Shown here: piece by piece, positions 38,480 to 56,515 of the stretch
How the letters are laid out: the number at the start of each line of letters is the position of its first letter
Numbering within the stretch: position 1 is the first letter of the stretch
DNA from: Macrostomum lignano
Lineage: Eukaryota
Length of the DNA: 64,000 nt
Direction: 5' to 3'
Assembly (NCBI GenBank): GCA_002269645.1
Contig: NIVC01002721.1
Span: 82,577-146,576, forward strand
Position numbers and translations under genes: made by a program
Notes under the pieces: model-generated
What the model was told of the DNA's origin: nothing
Seen by the model: only the letters and a program-made list of their open reading frames with translations
The model's database searches: none

Positions 38480-39000
38480 AGACAATCATGTTTCAAAGGC
38501 CGTCAATCGAGTGATGCTGACGCTCCAAAGCGATGAAGAGCGGACAGTGCAAGATGCTGTTGAACCGATGTTAAGGTCGGGCAACGTGAACTACCGCGGC
38601 TGAAGGCAGTGAACGGAAGGTACCAGCTGCTCTGCTCTTCACGACTGGATGAAACTGTTCATCGGCCGCCCAGCCACTCTGAATGACCTCCAAAGCAGCC
38701 CTGCAGAACGCAGTGGCCTTGTCGTTCGTTAACTTTGTCCTACCTCGTTTACCTTGTCCTACATTCTCAACTCTTACCTGTTGTTCGACCTAACTTGTTC
38801 TTAGTTTAAACATGCAGGGATCTTAGAGCCGTCAGCATGGTACCCTCAGGGCATGGCTGCTTTTCTCGCTACCGCTTCCTTCAGGGCAGGGTAGAGCGAT
38901 GCTTCTTTTGTCGCTCAGGCAGTGAAAACGCTGAGCACTTTATCTGCCACTGCCCCCGGTCTTCACCAGGGCCAGGCTCACTCAACTCGGGCCAAACCTG
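38480..39000 (+). mobile_element. Decayed 3' fragment of a non-LTR retrotransposon (C-terminal zinc knuckle)
   Basis: SGHGCFSRYRFLQGRVERCFFCRSGSENAEHFICHCP fits the GH..F..Y...C..C....E...H....CP motif; upstream frames are broken. Confidence 0.5.
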
Positions 39001-40259
39001 GTTTTCCCTGACGTTTGCGGGTTCGAGAGCATACCGCTGCTCGCCCGGTACCTCAGGGACACGGGACGAGCTGAGTTCTTCTCCACCGCCGGTGAGGAGG
39101 ACCGCGCGGCAGGTGAAATCGACGGGTCCCCCTGAGAGACATCACTTTGATGGAAAACATTGGTCGCCAGTGGCCAGCGAAATGGGCGGCGCGCCTCCTC
39201 CGCCTAGCGTTGCCCCCTGCAGCTGAGTCAACTCTATTGACGAGTAGATCGACCCATTGACAATAGAATAGAATTGTACACAATCACCCGGGAGAACAGC
39301 TAAACTGACAATTTATCCCAGAATAGCGTCAAAAGAGAAAACGCAGAATGCGGTCTGTTTTCCGAAATTTGCGCATCATACAGCGCATACAGCGTCCCCG
39401 TTTTATCTGTTGCTTTAGCTATTAAAAGCATCGCAGTTTGTAATGCAACAACTGTGTAAAAATACCTACCTTGTACCTAGTTGCATTGGTATAAAATGAA
39501 TAATGAAAAGTTAATGAATAATAATAGCCTAATCGATTCGTTTTGGCCGAAAAATAAGCTTCTTTAAGCTTCGTTGCTTCTCTCTGACCGCTCGCCCTGT
39601 GACTGTATTGTTTTGCTAACTTTCTAACGACGGCAAACCCAAAACAGAAATTATATGCGCAAATCTAAAAAGCAGGCATTCCGTCACGCTAGACGCCTCG
39701 GGTAGCTGCAACACCCACTGAGTTTGTTTATTTCTTCTCAGCAAATTTTGTGGTTTTTGCGAGTCAAAAACGAACAAAAAAGTTTTAAAGACATTTAATT
39801 TAAGCTACTCGACAAGCACTTTGATTTGCAATACTCGCCAAGTTGGAGGTTCCTTGCGATCTTTTCAGCAGCCAAGTTTACAGAAAGTTTAAACCGCATG
39901 CATAAGGAGAGTAATCTTTGCTGCAAGTGAAAGCGACGTGGACTTTTAGCCATTTGTGCTGTTGCGTGCAAGGTGAAGGTGTTAAATTACAACCTTAAAC
40001 AGGTATGCGTTGTACGAGACTGCAAAAATTTCGAGTGTATTTTGTATTCAGGATTCAAATTGTCGTGGGAGCGAATGCAGGTTTAAATTTGCAATGATTT
40101 TGCAAGAACAGAAAGGATGAGAGCGCAAAGTTATTTCCAAACTGGTTCGGTCTTAGCTTAGAGCTACATGTAGGTCGCAACTCTGTCTAACAAAAATGAA
40201 ATATTCTGTCTGAAATACCAGTACTATCTAACAGGTGTCTACCATTCTGCCTAGCCGGT

Positions 40260-41525
40260 GTGTGAGGGATTATCTTGTCTAACAGATGTGTGACACTATC
40301 CTGTCTAACAGATGTGTGACACTATCCTGTCTAACAGGTGTGTGACACTATCCTGTCTAACAGATGTGTGACACTGTCCTGTCTAACAGGTGTGTGACAC
40401 TGTCCTGTCTAACAGGTGTGTGACACTGTCCTGTCTAACAGGTGTGTGACACTATCCTGTCTAACAGGTGTGTGACACTATCCTGTCTAACAGGTGTGTG
40501 ACACTATCCTGTCTAACAGGTGTGTGACACTATCCTGTCTAACAGGTGTGTGACACTATCCTGTCTAACAGGTGTGTGACACTATCCTGTCTAACAGGTG
40601 TGTGACACTGTCCTGTCTAACAGGTGTGTGACACTATCCTGTCTAACAGGTGTGTGACACTATCCTGTCTAACAGGTGTGTGACACTATCCTGTCTAACA
40701 GGTGTGTGACACTATCCTGTCTAACAGGTGTGTGACACTATCCTGTCTAACAGGTGTGTGACACTATCCTGTCTAACAGGTGTGTGACACTATCCTGTCT
40801 AACAGGTGTGTGACACTATCCTGTCTAACAGGTGTGTGACACTATCCTGTCTAACAGGTGTGTGACACTGTCCTGTCTAACAGGTGTGTGACACTATCCT
40901 GTCTAACAGGTGTGTGACACTATCCTGTCTAACAGGTGTGTGACACTATCCTGTCTAACAGGTGTGTGACACTATCCTGTCTAACAGGTGTGTGACACTA
41001 TCCTGTCTAACAGGTGTGTGACACTATCCTGTCTAACAGGTGTGTGACACTATCCTGTCTAACAGGTGTGTGACACTATCCTGTCTAACAGGTGTGTGAC
41101 ACTATCCTGTCTAACAGGTGTGTGACACTATCCTGTCTAACAGGTGTGTGACACTATCCTGTCTAACAGGTGTGTGACACTATCCTGTCTAACAGGTGTG
41201 TGACACTATCCTGTCTAACAGGTGTGTGACACTATCCTGTCTAACAGGTGTGTGACACTATCCTGTCTAACAGGTGTGTGACACTATCCTGTCTAACAGG
41301 TGTGTGACACTATCCTGTCTAACAGGTGTGTGACACTATCCTGTCTAACAGGTGTGTGACACTGTCCTGTCTAACAGTGTGTGACACTATCCTGTCTAAC
41401 AGGTGTGTGACACTATCCTGTCTAACAAGTGTGTGACACTATCCTGTCTAACAGGTGTGTGACACTGTCCTGTCTAACAAGTGTGTGACACTGTCCTGTC
41501 TAACAAGTGTGTGACACTATCCTGT
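40260..41525. repeat. Highly homogeneous minisatellite, 26-bp unit ACACTATCCTGTCTAACAGGTGTGTG
   Basis: About 48 head-to-tail copies without spacers; main variant is A/G at one position. Confidence 0.97.
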
Positions 41526-42291
41526 GAAACAGTCGTGTGTGTGTTGCACTCTATCATGTGTATCACTTATGCACTGTAAAAAAGGTGCGAAAGTTAGACA
41601 CAGTACAAAACACTTAGAAACTGTGAAAATATTCAGAATAAAATTATACGTTAAGTCACTAATTTTTTTGAACTCATTCAGAATTCCCAAACACAGCCGA
41701 GATCTCGGTTCTGAAAAGAGCTGCTCGAATAATGAATGACTCATGCCGGTAAACGCAAGCTTATATGCATACATGTCTACACATGTAAACATGCAGTCAG
41801 AATTGCCGAAAATTCGGGTTTATAAAGACGCGAATTAATGCCAAGCCATGGAAACTTGATCCGTTTCATTCGCAATATTATATATGTGCAGCATTGGCGG
41901 AGTGCTGTGACAGGCTCTGCATGCATGCGGTGTAACTCCGCGGGTGCCAAAAGAAAGTGGTTTTCTCTGACAGTGTTCCCCCGCATGCCTGCTGTTGCTA
42001 CCAGCTTCTGGAGTCATACAATCCAATTATATTATTAGCTTTTTCACCTGTGGTCGAATCGGAGAAGCTCTTGACTAAGCAATTAGGTTAAAAAAGCAAG
42101 CCGGTCGCCCAGGAGTCGAACAGGCTCAGGCCAACACTATAAAGAATGAAATGTTGCCATTTTAGCCCTAGAAATTGCGTAGAATCCTAATTAATAAAAA
42201 ACGCCTACGGCCGCTCTCTTTCTGCCACGAGCAACTTCTCGAAAGTTAGGAAAACTCTGCAGACAAAAAAGCCCAGCGCCTGGACAAAGTT

Positions 42292-47925
<5,634 letters not shown>

Positions 47926-49329
47926 GCTCTGTAGACGGGTTCGAGTTTTACAAGCTCGAAACATGAGCTCCAACATGAAAGGGGTGTGCAACAGTGGGTC
48001 TGGGATAGGATGTTTGAAGGGCGTTTCCAGTCAGCAGTTGCAGTCGTTTTGATCCCAAGCTTAAATTAAAATCCCCTATCGGGCTTGCGAAAGTGGCATG
48101 ATATTTGTTTTAGTTATTAAATACGGGTTGCTAAATTTCAAACTCGTGAAACAAACACTGGACTCGAGCTGGCATTCGTAGAAAAAAGATTGTTCATGTT
48201 GATTTCATGGACTGTACTGGCAGGTACATGTGCTAGTAGGTGACTTTCAGGGTCAACAGCTAGTAGCGCTTTGAAATGGATTGACAAAATCTGGAGATTT
48301 TTAGTCCTGTAAAACTTAATTGCAGCCCTATAGAAGCTGGAAAAGATCATAACACTCAGACGAGAATATTGTTTGTCTGTCGTAATATTTTAGTAACATT
48401 TCTTATTTTATTTGCTATAGCTACTCAAGTTCAATTTGAACAGAAGTCTCTTGTATGTTTCTTTGAGTAGAAAATAGAGCTATAGAATATAACTTCTTTG
48501 AATGAAGGACTTCAGTGAAGTTCAGTAACAGTAAGAGTTCATTGAGGCCTTTATCATCATGTTTTACCAATTGATATTGTTCCTATGAGACTGCAGCTGC
48601 TGGTAATTCATCCGGTTTAAGTCCGCCTCGCTAAATACCCACATTATCTGGTTATTTCTGCAGTAACCACACAAAACACAAGAACTCATCCTTACTTATT
48701 TAAACAAAATACGGCATCGAGTTACAACAAATAATTTAAACAGTAAACTAATTTCAACGTATTTTAATTTATCAAATACATGTATTATCCCATTTGTTTA
48801 TAAGCTTAATGATCACAGTGTACTCGTAATGTTATACTTGCATAAATACTACTATACTAACATTTTAACTAGCTATAGCATGTATGGTTGGACCAAGAGC
48901 TGCTTCAAGCGAATATTTATGTCTAAAAATTCGAAACTATGATTTTTATTAAATTCTGCTTTCGCATGGATCAAAAATAGATTTGTTTAAAAGAACCAAA
49001 AAAATTTTCTCTTTTCAAGTGCTGATTTGGATACCATTTTGTTGCTAGCTACCACTACTTGTAGTAGTTCGTCTCAGTTAAACACGAGTTTTGTTTTAAT
49101 AAAGTATAACTAAACAAATTTAAATAGCTACTGTTTCACACCATCGTTCAAAAAGCTTCAATCTAGTGCCTTCTGAGTTTTAAATGTGACATTATAAGCC
49201 GAAATGAGCTTAGGAAGTTAATAATGATGTGTTCTTTAAAAATATTATATAGGTAAAATCAAACAACCCGTTCTCGTACACACATCGCGGAATTCCTGCT
49301 ACAAACTGCTTTAATTATATATTATACAA

Positions 49330-52200
49330 AGTATAGGGACGCAAAGATTATGGTAGGCGTCTTGCGCGCACGCGCTCGCAGAAGAGACGAGAAAGACAGT
49401 TTTTGACAGATTGTGGGGTCAGGCTTGTAGGTCAGACTCTAGCGTGGCGGTCAGCGTGGTGGTCCGGCCTTGGCCCCGTCGGAGACGCTCGGTTGGCTGA
49501 TGCAGCAGGGTGAGCGCCAGCGGGTTTTGCTCCCCTCTGCCATAGCTGAGGAAGCAGTGGCCGACGAGCATTAGCCGGCGCCGCTGGAGGGTGGCACTGA
49601 GCTGAGGCACGCGGGCTCTCGCCATCAGCAGGTCCGTCGGCAGCCGCTCGGGGTAATGGATGCCAAGGGCGAACCGCAGCAGCGATCGGTAGGCAGCGTC
49701 CAGGGCTCGAGACCTCGAGTCGGTCATTGGCACTGCCTCCAGTCCGTACAGGAAGATTGGCTCTACGGCAGCGCGGAACAGGCGCATCTTCAGGTCGTCG
49801 TTGGCAGCTGAGCTGAAGACCTCCCTGAGGAGATGAGCCGCACGCCAGGCCTGTGACCTCCGGTCAGCGATGATGGAGTCAGGGCTCATCACGAGGGAGC
49901 ACAGGTACCGGAAGTCTCTGCAGACTGAAATATGACTTGCCCATCTGGTAGGGTCAGGATTGGTGCTGCATCGGTGCCCACGTGCAGCACCTTCGTCTTG
50001 CGTGCGTTGATTTGGAGTCGGACTCGGGCGCTCTCCTCATAGAGTCTCGAGAGCGCTCTCTGGGCGGCAGTCGGACTGCGGCACAGCAGGGCGATGTCGT
50101 CGGCGTACGCGAGGGCGGGCAAAGGGGCAGCACCGCGGCGGGAGCTCCGGCGTGACGCCAGCAGGTAACTGTCCTCTGTGAGGCTTCGGCGCAGCACGTA
50201 GTCGACGACAAGGATGAAGAGCAGAGGGGCCAACGTGTCACCATGGAGGACTCCGGAGCTGGTGCAGAAGTCCTCAGTTGGACCATCGCTGGTTTAGACA
50301 AAGGCTTTGCTGTTGTTGTAGAGGTCCATCACTGCAGAGATAAGAGCCGGGGGGGACACGCCATAGTGCTCGAGCAGCCACGCGATCGCGCGCCGGCACA
50401 CTGAGTAAAAAGCTTTGCGGAAGTCCACAAAGACAATTGACGCAGCTCTTTGGTGAGTTTTACAGGCCTCGACGACTGCTCGAAGGGCTGCAATCTGCTC
50501 TGTTGTCGAGCGGCCGGGCCTGAAGCCACTTTGGAGGCTCAGGATCATTTGTTTGAGGCCAGACAGCAGCCGATTACGCAGTATAGCATTGAGCAGCTTA
50601 GCCAGAGTGCATTCCAGAGCAACGTCGCGTTGGTTGTCCAGACTGGTGGATGCGCCCTTCTTGGGGATGGAGACGATCTTAAAGGTGCGCCAGTTGTCAG
50701 CAGCAGTAGCATCTGGGTTGCCTCCAAGCGGACAGTGCTTGTTGAGCACAGTCGTGATGTCCTGTGTCAGCTCCGGCAGCTTGAGCACCCTGGGTGGAAT
50801 GCCATCTACTCCGGCGGCAGCGTCGGGGCGCATGGTCTTGAGCACTCGGTTCACCAAGTAGGCAGTCAGCGGGCCGGAGTTGAAAGTCGAGGGCTCAGCC
50901 GGGGTAAAGTTTTCGATCGGCAGCAAAGCAGCAGAGAGCGGTGGAGCGTTGAGCTCATTGTGGTAGTGAGTGGCCAGCAGGGCTTTGCGATTGTGTATGG
51001 ACTCAGCACCTACAGCGGCATTGGCCCTCTGCTTCCTGCCAGTCAGGCGGTTGATGGCGCGCCAGGCCGCTGTGTGCCGGCAGTTGTCTGTCGCTAGTTG
51101 AATTTCAGCAACAGCCTCCTGGACAAAGGCTTCGGTCCTCCGGGCATGCGTGTCGCGTAGTTGGGCCCGGGCTGTTTCAGCCTGCTCACTGTCTTGGCCA
51201 AAGACTGCGGTTGTTCTTTGCACGTCGCGCCTAGCGATGGAGATCTCCTCGTCGGAGTCCCAGGCGGCTTTTGGCTGGTGCGGTGTTCGTTTTGGTAGGA
51301 TCGAGGCAGCTTTCTCAACAGCTCTGGTGAAGGCGTCCGCGATTCATTCAGGGCCGGAGTAGCATTTTGCAGTTTTTCAATGAACGCACTGTGCGTGTCT
51401 GGGTTTCTCAGATCTGCTCAGAGGGGGGTGCGGTGGGCCAGCCTTGAACTTTTTCCATCGGCAGTCGATGTCGCAGGCCAGCAGAGAATGGTCGGACCTC
51501 ACGCATCTGGGGCGGATTTGACCACTTTGCGCAGTCGAGAACTGATGGCCGAAGGGCACAAAATCCAGTCCAGCCTGGTGGTCCGTCCATTTGGGCCGAA
51601 GAAGGTGGGTAGCTTGTTGTACTGCTGCCGCATGACACCATTGGCTGCAATCAGGTCTTGAGAGTGAATGAAAGTTGACAGGAAGTCCGAGTTGGTGTTG
51701 GTGGAGCCGCAGTTTTTCTTCACCAGGCGGCCATCAGGGGACAGTGGCGCGTTGAAGTCTCCAGCCACAAAAAGCAGGTCGCGACCAGGGACCGAGTCGA
51801 TGAGCATCCCAGGTGGTCATACATTGACTCAGTCTCGGTAGGGTCAGTAGCTGTGCGTGGGGCTGTGGGGGCGTAGACGCAGATTACATGAAGGCGCCTG
51901 TCCTTCTTGGCAAAAGAGGTAATGTCAAGGCGGTCGGTTGGGAAGCTGGCATTCAGAAGGGCCCTTGAGGCACTAGGTGACAGCAGAAACCCGATGCCTC
52001 CAGAGCCCTGGGCTGAGGCTGGGGCGGCTCGGAACTGCCAGCCAAGGCCTGGATCAGCGCACTCTTCGGTGCTCCTGCGGTGTTCTTGGACAGCCAGAAT
52101 GGAGATGTTCATGCTCTTTGCCAGCTTGGTTAGCTCGTGCAGTCTCCAGGGCGCAGTGAGCGTTCGTGCGTTGAAGGTAGCAAGTCTTGTGCAGTTATCA
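49330..52200 (-). mobile_element. Near full-length RTE-like LINE (APE endonuclease + RT) with frameshifts and stops
   Basis: LATFNARTL, ILAVQEHR, VICVYAPT, VAGDFNAP, TRLDWIL, SDH (APE); IVSIPKKG, QSGFRPGRSTTEQI, FVDFRKAF, LAYADDIALL (RT); LFRAAVEPIFLYG. Confidence 0.92.
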
Positions 52201-52960
52201 AGCTGGTTTTGACTTTCTTTGGTTGTCTCAATTGTTCTGCTAGCTGGTGCAGTTCTTTAATTAAGTCTATTTAAATTACGATTTTGAAAAAAAATTAGAA
52301 AAGCTGGAGTTCTAAAATTCAACTTAATTAGCCATACCCATACGGCAATTCTACGCAGATGATAAATAAGAGTACATGCAAGTCAGAGTTGGTACAAGGA
52401 CTACACTACATAAATACGTTACTTTAGTCGTCCTTGAGTTGGTATAGACTCCTGGTTCTATTCTGTGATTCTGTGGTCGCAGTCATTTGGTCTTGTGCGT
52501 GCACGAAAATTGGTGAGCGCGATTCACACCCGTACCGGTACGCATGTATGTTATGCCAACCATTATCCTAGGCAGAAAAGTATTCGGCTGAATAACTTTA
52601 GATGCGTTATTTTATCTGGGCCCAGATTGAATACGGCACGACATAAGTCGTGCCAAGCGCACTCCTAGGCTGATTTCTCTCTGGGGTTTACGAGATTAAA
52701 AACCTGTGAATAATCAGTTTAAGCTGTGATCGGATATCACCTACGTCTACATGAACACTGTCAAAGTTTTTAAAGCCGCGCATTCTCGTCTGCAAGTCTG
52801 TTGACAAGATTTTAAAGTCCTCTGACTTTCAGTACACCGAAATCTATGCAGTATACGTACAATTGTACATGTTGTTACGCAATACGTTGCCTATAAATAA
52901 CTGAAAGTTTAAATATCAACTACACTGGACTTCGTGCACTTGGCTTACTAATACATAAAC

Positions 52961-54254
52961 ATGTCTGTTGCGTATTCCGACATAAAACTCTATTTGCTTA
53001 GTGGCGCATACGACGTCCCTGTGTCTTTAACAACAACTAAGGAGAAGAATAATTTCAAAAGCAAGGTTCGGCAAAAGGCGCGCAACTTCAAGTACGAGGG
53101 CCAGCAGCTGTTCTATCAGCTCTCAGCTCGGGATGATAATCAGAAGAAGCGCCATCGGTCAAGGGAGCGTCGCCTGGAGGTTGAAGAACAAGAAGAACGG
53201 AGTCGATTAATTCAAGAGTATCACACCTCTGCGACTGGAGGAGCTCATCAGGGGATAAAGTCCACCCTATCGAAGCTGCAGGGACGATTTCATTGGGACG
53301 GCATGACGAAATCTGTGCAAGATTACGTTCAGAAGTGCGCCGTCTGCCAGCGCAACAACAAGAGGGCCGTGGCGAACGAACCCCAGTTGACGCCAATTTT
53401 GATTCCTTCGATGGCCGAACGAGTATTCGGTTTTGTCTGCGTTGACTACGTCAGGTTCGAGCCATCTTCGAAAGGTGATTGTTTAATCGATTAATAGCTT
53501 TTGTGGCTACGTGTATCAAATCTAAGTAGCATACTCTCATTCATTTTAATTCATTTTTATTGACAAGAGACGAACCTCTGCTTATCACCCCCAGGTTAGT
53601 AAAGTTAATATTTTTTTGCCTTCCATGCTCTCAGTAATAAGTCTTAATTCGAATAAGTTCATATTCGATATTAAAGAACTGACAATGCTCTTTCAGACCA
53701 ACGGTCAGTGCGAGCGCCTCAAACAGAGCTTAGTCGCAGCTCTGCGCAAAATGTGCGACCAGGACTCTGACTCTGCGGCATGGGATGATTATGTCGATGG
53801 CGCAGTTCTGGCGTACAACAGTCGCGTGCACTCGACAACTGGCGTCTCGCCTTACAAGGCCGTGTTCGGCAACGAACCACGACTTCCCCATGACAGCATC
53901 GGACCAGCAGACGCTGCCATGGTCGGTGACGTCACGATTCGTCATGTAGAGAGAAAGTCCGAAGCACGTGGGCGGACCATTGAGTTGATGCGTCGACGCA
54001 TCCGTCGGGCGCAGCAAGCTATGCAGCAGTACCATCAGCAGCGTCTGGCGTCTGCCAGCAGCCTCAGCTTCAAAGTCGGAGACAAGGTGCTGCTGCGGAA
54101 CTTCGACCGTGACGATCGGAAAGGCGGCAAATTGAAGACACCATGGTGCGCCAAGGTTTACACGGTCGAACGTGTCCTAAGCAACAACCTGTACCGACTC
54201 GAGGGGAGATCTACAGCGATCAATGGCCGCCACCTGAAAAAATACCACGAATAG
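52961..54254 (+). mobile_element. Intron-containing Gypsy-type integrase without gag/RT (Ginger/GIN-like transposase), internally deleted
   Basis: Met start; YL..G.Y N-terminus; HHCC finger (EYH...GAHQG...CAVCQ); VDY (first catalytic Asp); donor at 53475; remnant exon RRTSAYHPQ (53568-53594), 102-bp GT-AG intron, then TNGQCER...WDDYV...AYNSRVHSTTGVSPY...VGDKVLLR (GPY/F-like). Confidence 0.75.
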
Positions 54255-55546
54255 GTGATTTACAGAATTTGAATTTCTAATATTTGAAAGTAGCTTTAGG
54301 CTCCTAAATAAAATAATCGTTGCACAAGATCAAAATGCTTGATATGAACGAAAAACTAAAAAGTTTCTAACTTGACTCAGTAGAAACTTTGAGCTTTAAA
54401 GCAATGTACACTTAATGGAAGATCTAGAAAGTAGGACTTAAACGATAAGAAAGTTTGATAATTCAACATATGCTCGTAATTTCTTTGCGCATATTTGAAA
54501 ATGTGCAGGATTTGTGCAGGACTGTCTAAATTAGCAATTTACGGATAAATTATTTTTCATAATTCATAACCTTTCATATTTCATAGCCTTACAATACGAG
54601 CGTATTATAAAGTTTTATAATTTACATAATTTATTTAGTTTTGGATTGCTCTTGTCTTTTTTGTAGCAATATGCACTTTACAGTAATAATTTATTGTCTA
54701 CTTGCAAAGTTGTCGGAATATTTTAAGACGAATAAAATAAGGCATACGATAGTTTCTGCTCAGGGAGTGAGAGAATTCAAGATGGCCGAATGAGTTTGGA
54801 TAAATGAAAAGTATTTGGCCAAATACGTTTGTCGTCTTATTTCATTCAGCCGAATAAAACAACGCAGAATTTTTTTAAGACGTGACACCTGTCGGTATAG
54901 GAGTGCAAAAGCGATTATCTCACCGAAAGCGTTACAGCGTTTTTGATATTTATTTTTCCACATCTTGTGCATTAATTGGACTGTAGGAATTTCTTATGAT
55001 ATTTGTCGATATGATTGCTTAAATGCAGACAGTATTTTATCTCGTAATCACAACGCTCCAACGCTATAATTTCATTGTCAATCAATGAGCCTTCAGGCCT
55101 GCCTGTCAATTTAAGTAGTTAGCAGACAAAAAATTGAAGGAAACCCAAGCCCAGCCCCTGAAGGCGCCCCATGGTTGGGTGTTGACGCCGAAAAATTGCA
55201 GATATTCTAGCTCTGAAGGGTTTAAGCATCTTCCGCATTTTTCGTTAAAGAGCTGTGCTAGCTACCTTTTAAGAGTGGCACTAGAGTCATTTTCCTCACA
55301 GCGATACTTTTCTCAACCATGCAAGCCAATCTTGAATGCGAGACGTGTGAAGTCAACCAGCCAGCCTCGCCAACACCACCTAGGAGCAGAAATATAACCA
55401 GAATCTTAAGTGGAACGGTAGCAGGTGTCAGCGACACACGGCCAATAAGAAATTCTCTGGTGTGAGAGAAGTTTGTGATAAATACGAGTATTAGGCTCAG
55501 AGAGGCGCAAGCCCCAACAATTTATTTCATATCACGACAATCCAAA

Positions 55547-56515
55547 ATGATAGCTCTACTACTGCTCGCATCGCTTCTGAGCAGCCCTTGCTCAGCCTCT
55601 GGCCAGACGCAGCAGTGCACCGGCGGTCTCCGTCGCTACCAAAACTACAGCCTGCAGCCGGACTGCAGCGACTCCAACAGCACAGCTGATGAAGCAGGCG
55701 ACTCTGTCACGGTGGCCACCTCAAGCCCACTCACCTGTGCACTCATTACCAGCCAGAATGCCACAGCTGCTCCAGCTGCACTCGTCATGATGAGCTCTCC
55801 GACCCAGAACTCCATCAGCGAGTGCCGCATCGTCTCTGCTTCGTGCCAGCGCTTCAAGCTGATCAACAAGTCGGAATCAGCTCGGCGACCGACTCCCCTG
55901 CTTGTTCTGGTGAGGTCAGCTGACTCGAAGGCGTTCCTTGTGTTCTCAATCAAGGCCGGCAGCGGAGTGAAGTCGTGGCAGCTGTTCACAGGCGGCCTCG
56001 CGGCGTCCAGCAGCGAGCGGCTGCTGCTGCAGTCGATGGATTCCCCTCTGCTGCCGGACAGGTTCAGGTCCGGCCTGCTGGACAGGATGCCGAGTCTGCT
56101 GCGAGCCCTGGCCTTCAAGCAGCTCATTGTGTGCGTGTACAGGCCTGGCGGGGAGGTGGCGGTGAAGCTGGTGTTCGACGTGTCCGGTCTGGGCGACTCC
56201 ATCGACAGGGAGAACTGGTTCCACTGGCGCCACCTCGTCTACAGCTGGCCCGTGCCCGACCTGAGCAGCCGGTCGTTTGACTACTTCAGCATTAAAGGTC
56301 ATGACGTTTATGAGCGGAGATTTTTCTTGAGTTACCGCTTCCAACCCTGTGAAACAGAGACCGGATTTCTGCTCGTATTCGACAGAAGTTCCGAAGGATG
56401 CCCTTGGCTTTACTCGATCAGACCGGAGCCCCGGATTGTCTACAATCCGTCAGACAGCGGCTTGTGGAACGAAGGTGCTACGGATGCCGAATACTTAGCC
56501 ATCTGGGCTAGATGA
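55547..56515 (+). CDS. Intronless secreted protein (~322 aa): Cys-containing PAN/apple-like N-terminal part plus an invertebrate-type extracellular domain of unknown function
   Basis: MIALLLLASLLSSPCSA signal peptide; several N-x-S/T sites; C-terminal LVFSIKAG...VYRPGG...LVFD...ENWF...FSIKG...RRFFL...PCETETGFLLVFD...CPW...AEYLAIW pattern; GC-rich codon usage like the other genes. Confidence 0.7.
   Translation: MIALLLLASLLSSPCSASGQTQQCTGGLRRYQNYSLQPDCSDSNSTADEAGDSVTVATSSPLTCALITSQNATAAPAALVMMSSPTQNSISECRIVSASCQRFKLINKSESARRPTPLLVLVRSADSKAFLVFSIKAGSGVKSWQLFTGGLAASSSERLLLQSMDSPLLPDRFRSGLLDRMPSLLRALAFKQLIVCVYRPGGEVAVKLVFDVSGLGDSIDRENWFHWRHLVYSWPVPDLSSRSFDYFSIKGHDVYERRFFLSYRFQPCETETGFLLVFDRSSEGCPWLYSIRPEPRIVYNPSDSGLWNEGATDAEYLAIWAR

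Noticed and set aside
40260-41525. CRISPR-like array
   Set aside because: Units are contiguous with no unique spacers, there are no cas genes, and the context is eukaryotic.
52961-54254. Ordinary Gypsy LTR retrotransposon pol
   Set aside because: No gag/RT/RNase H or LTRs seen, and the integrase has its own start and GT-AG introns.
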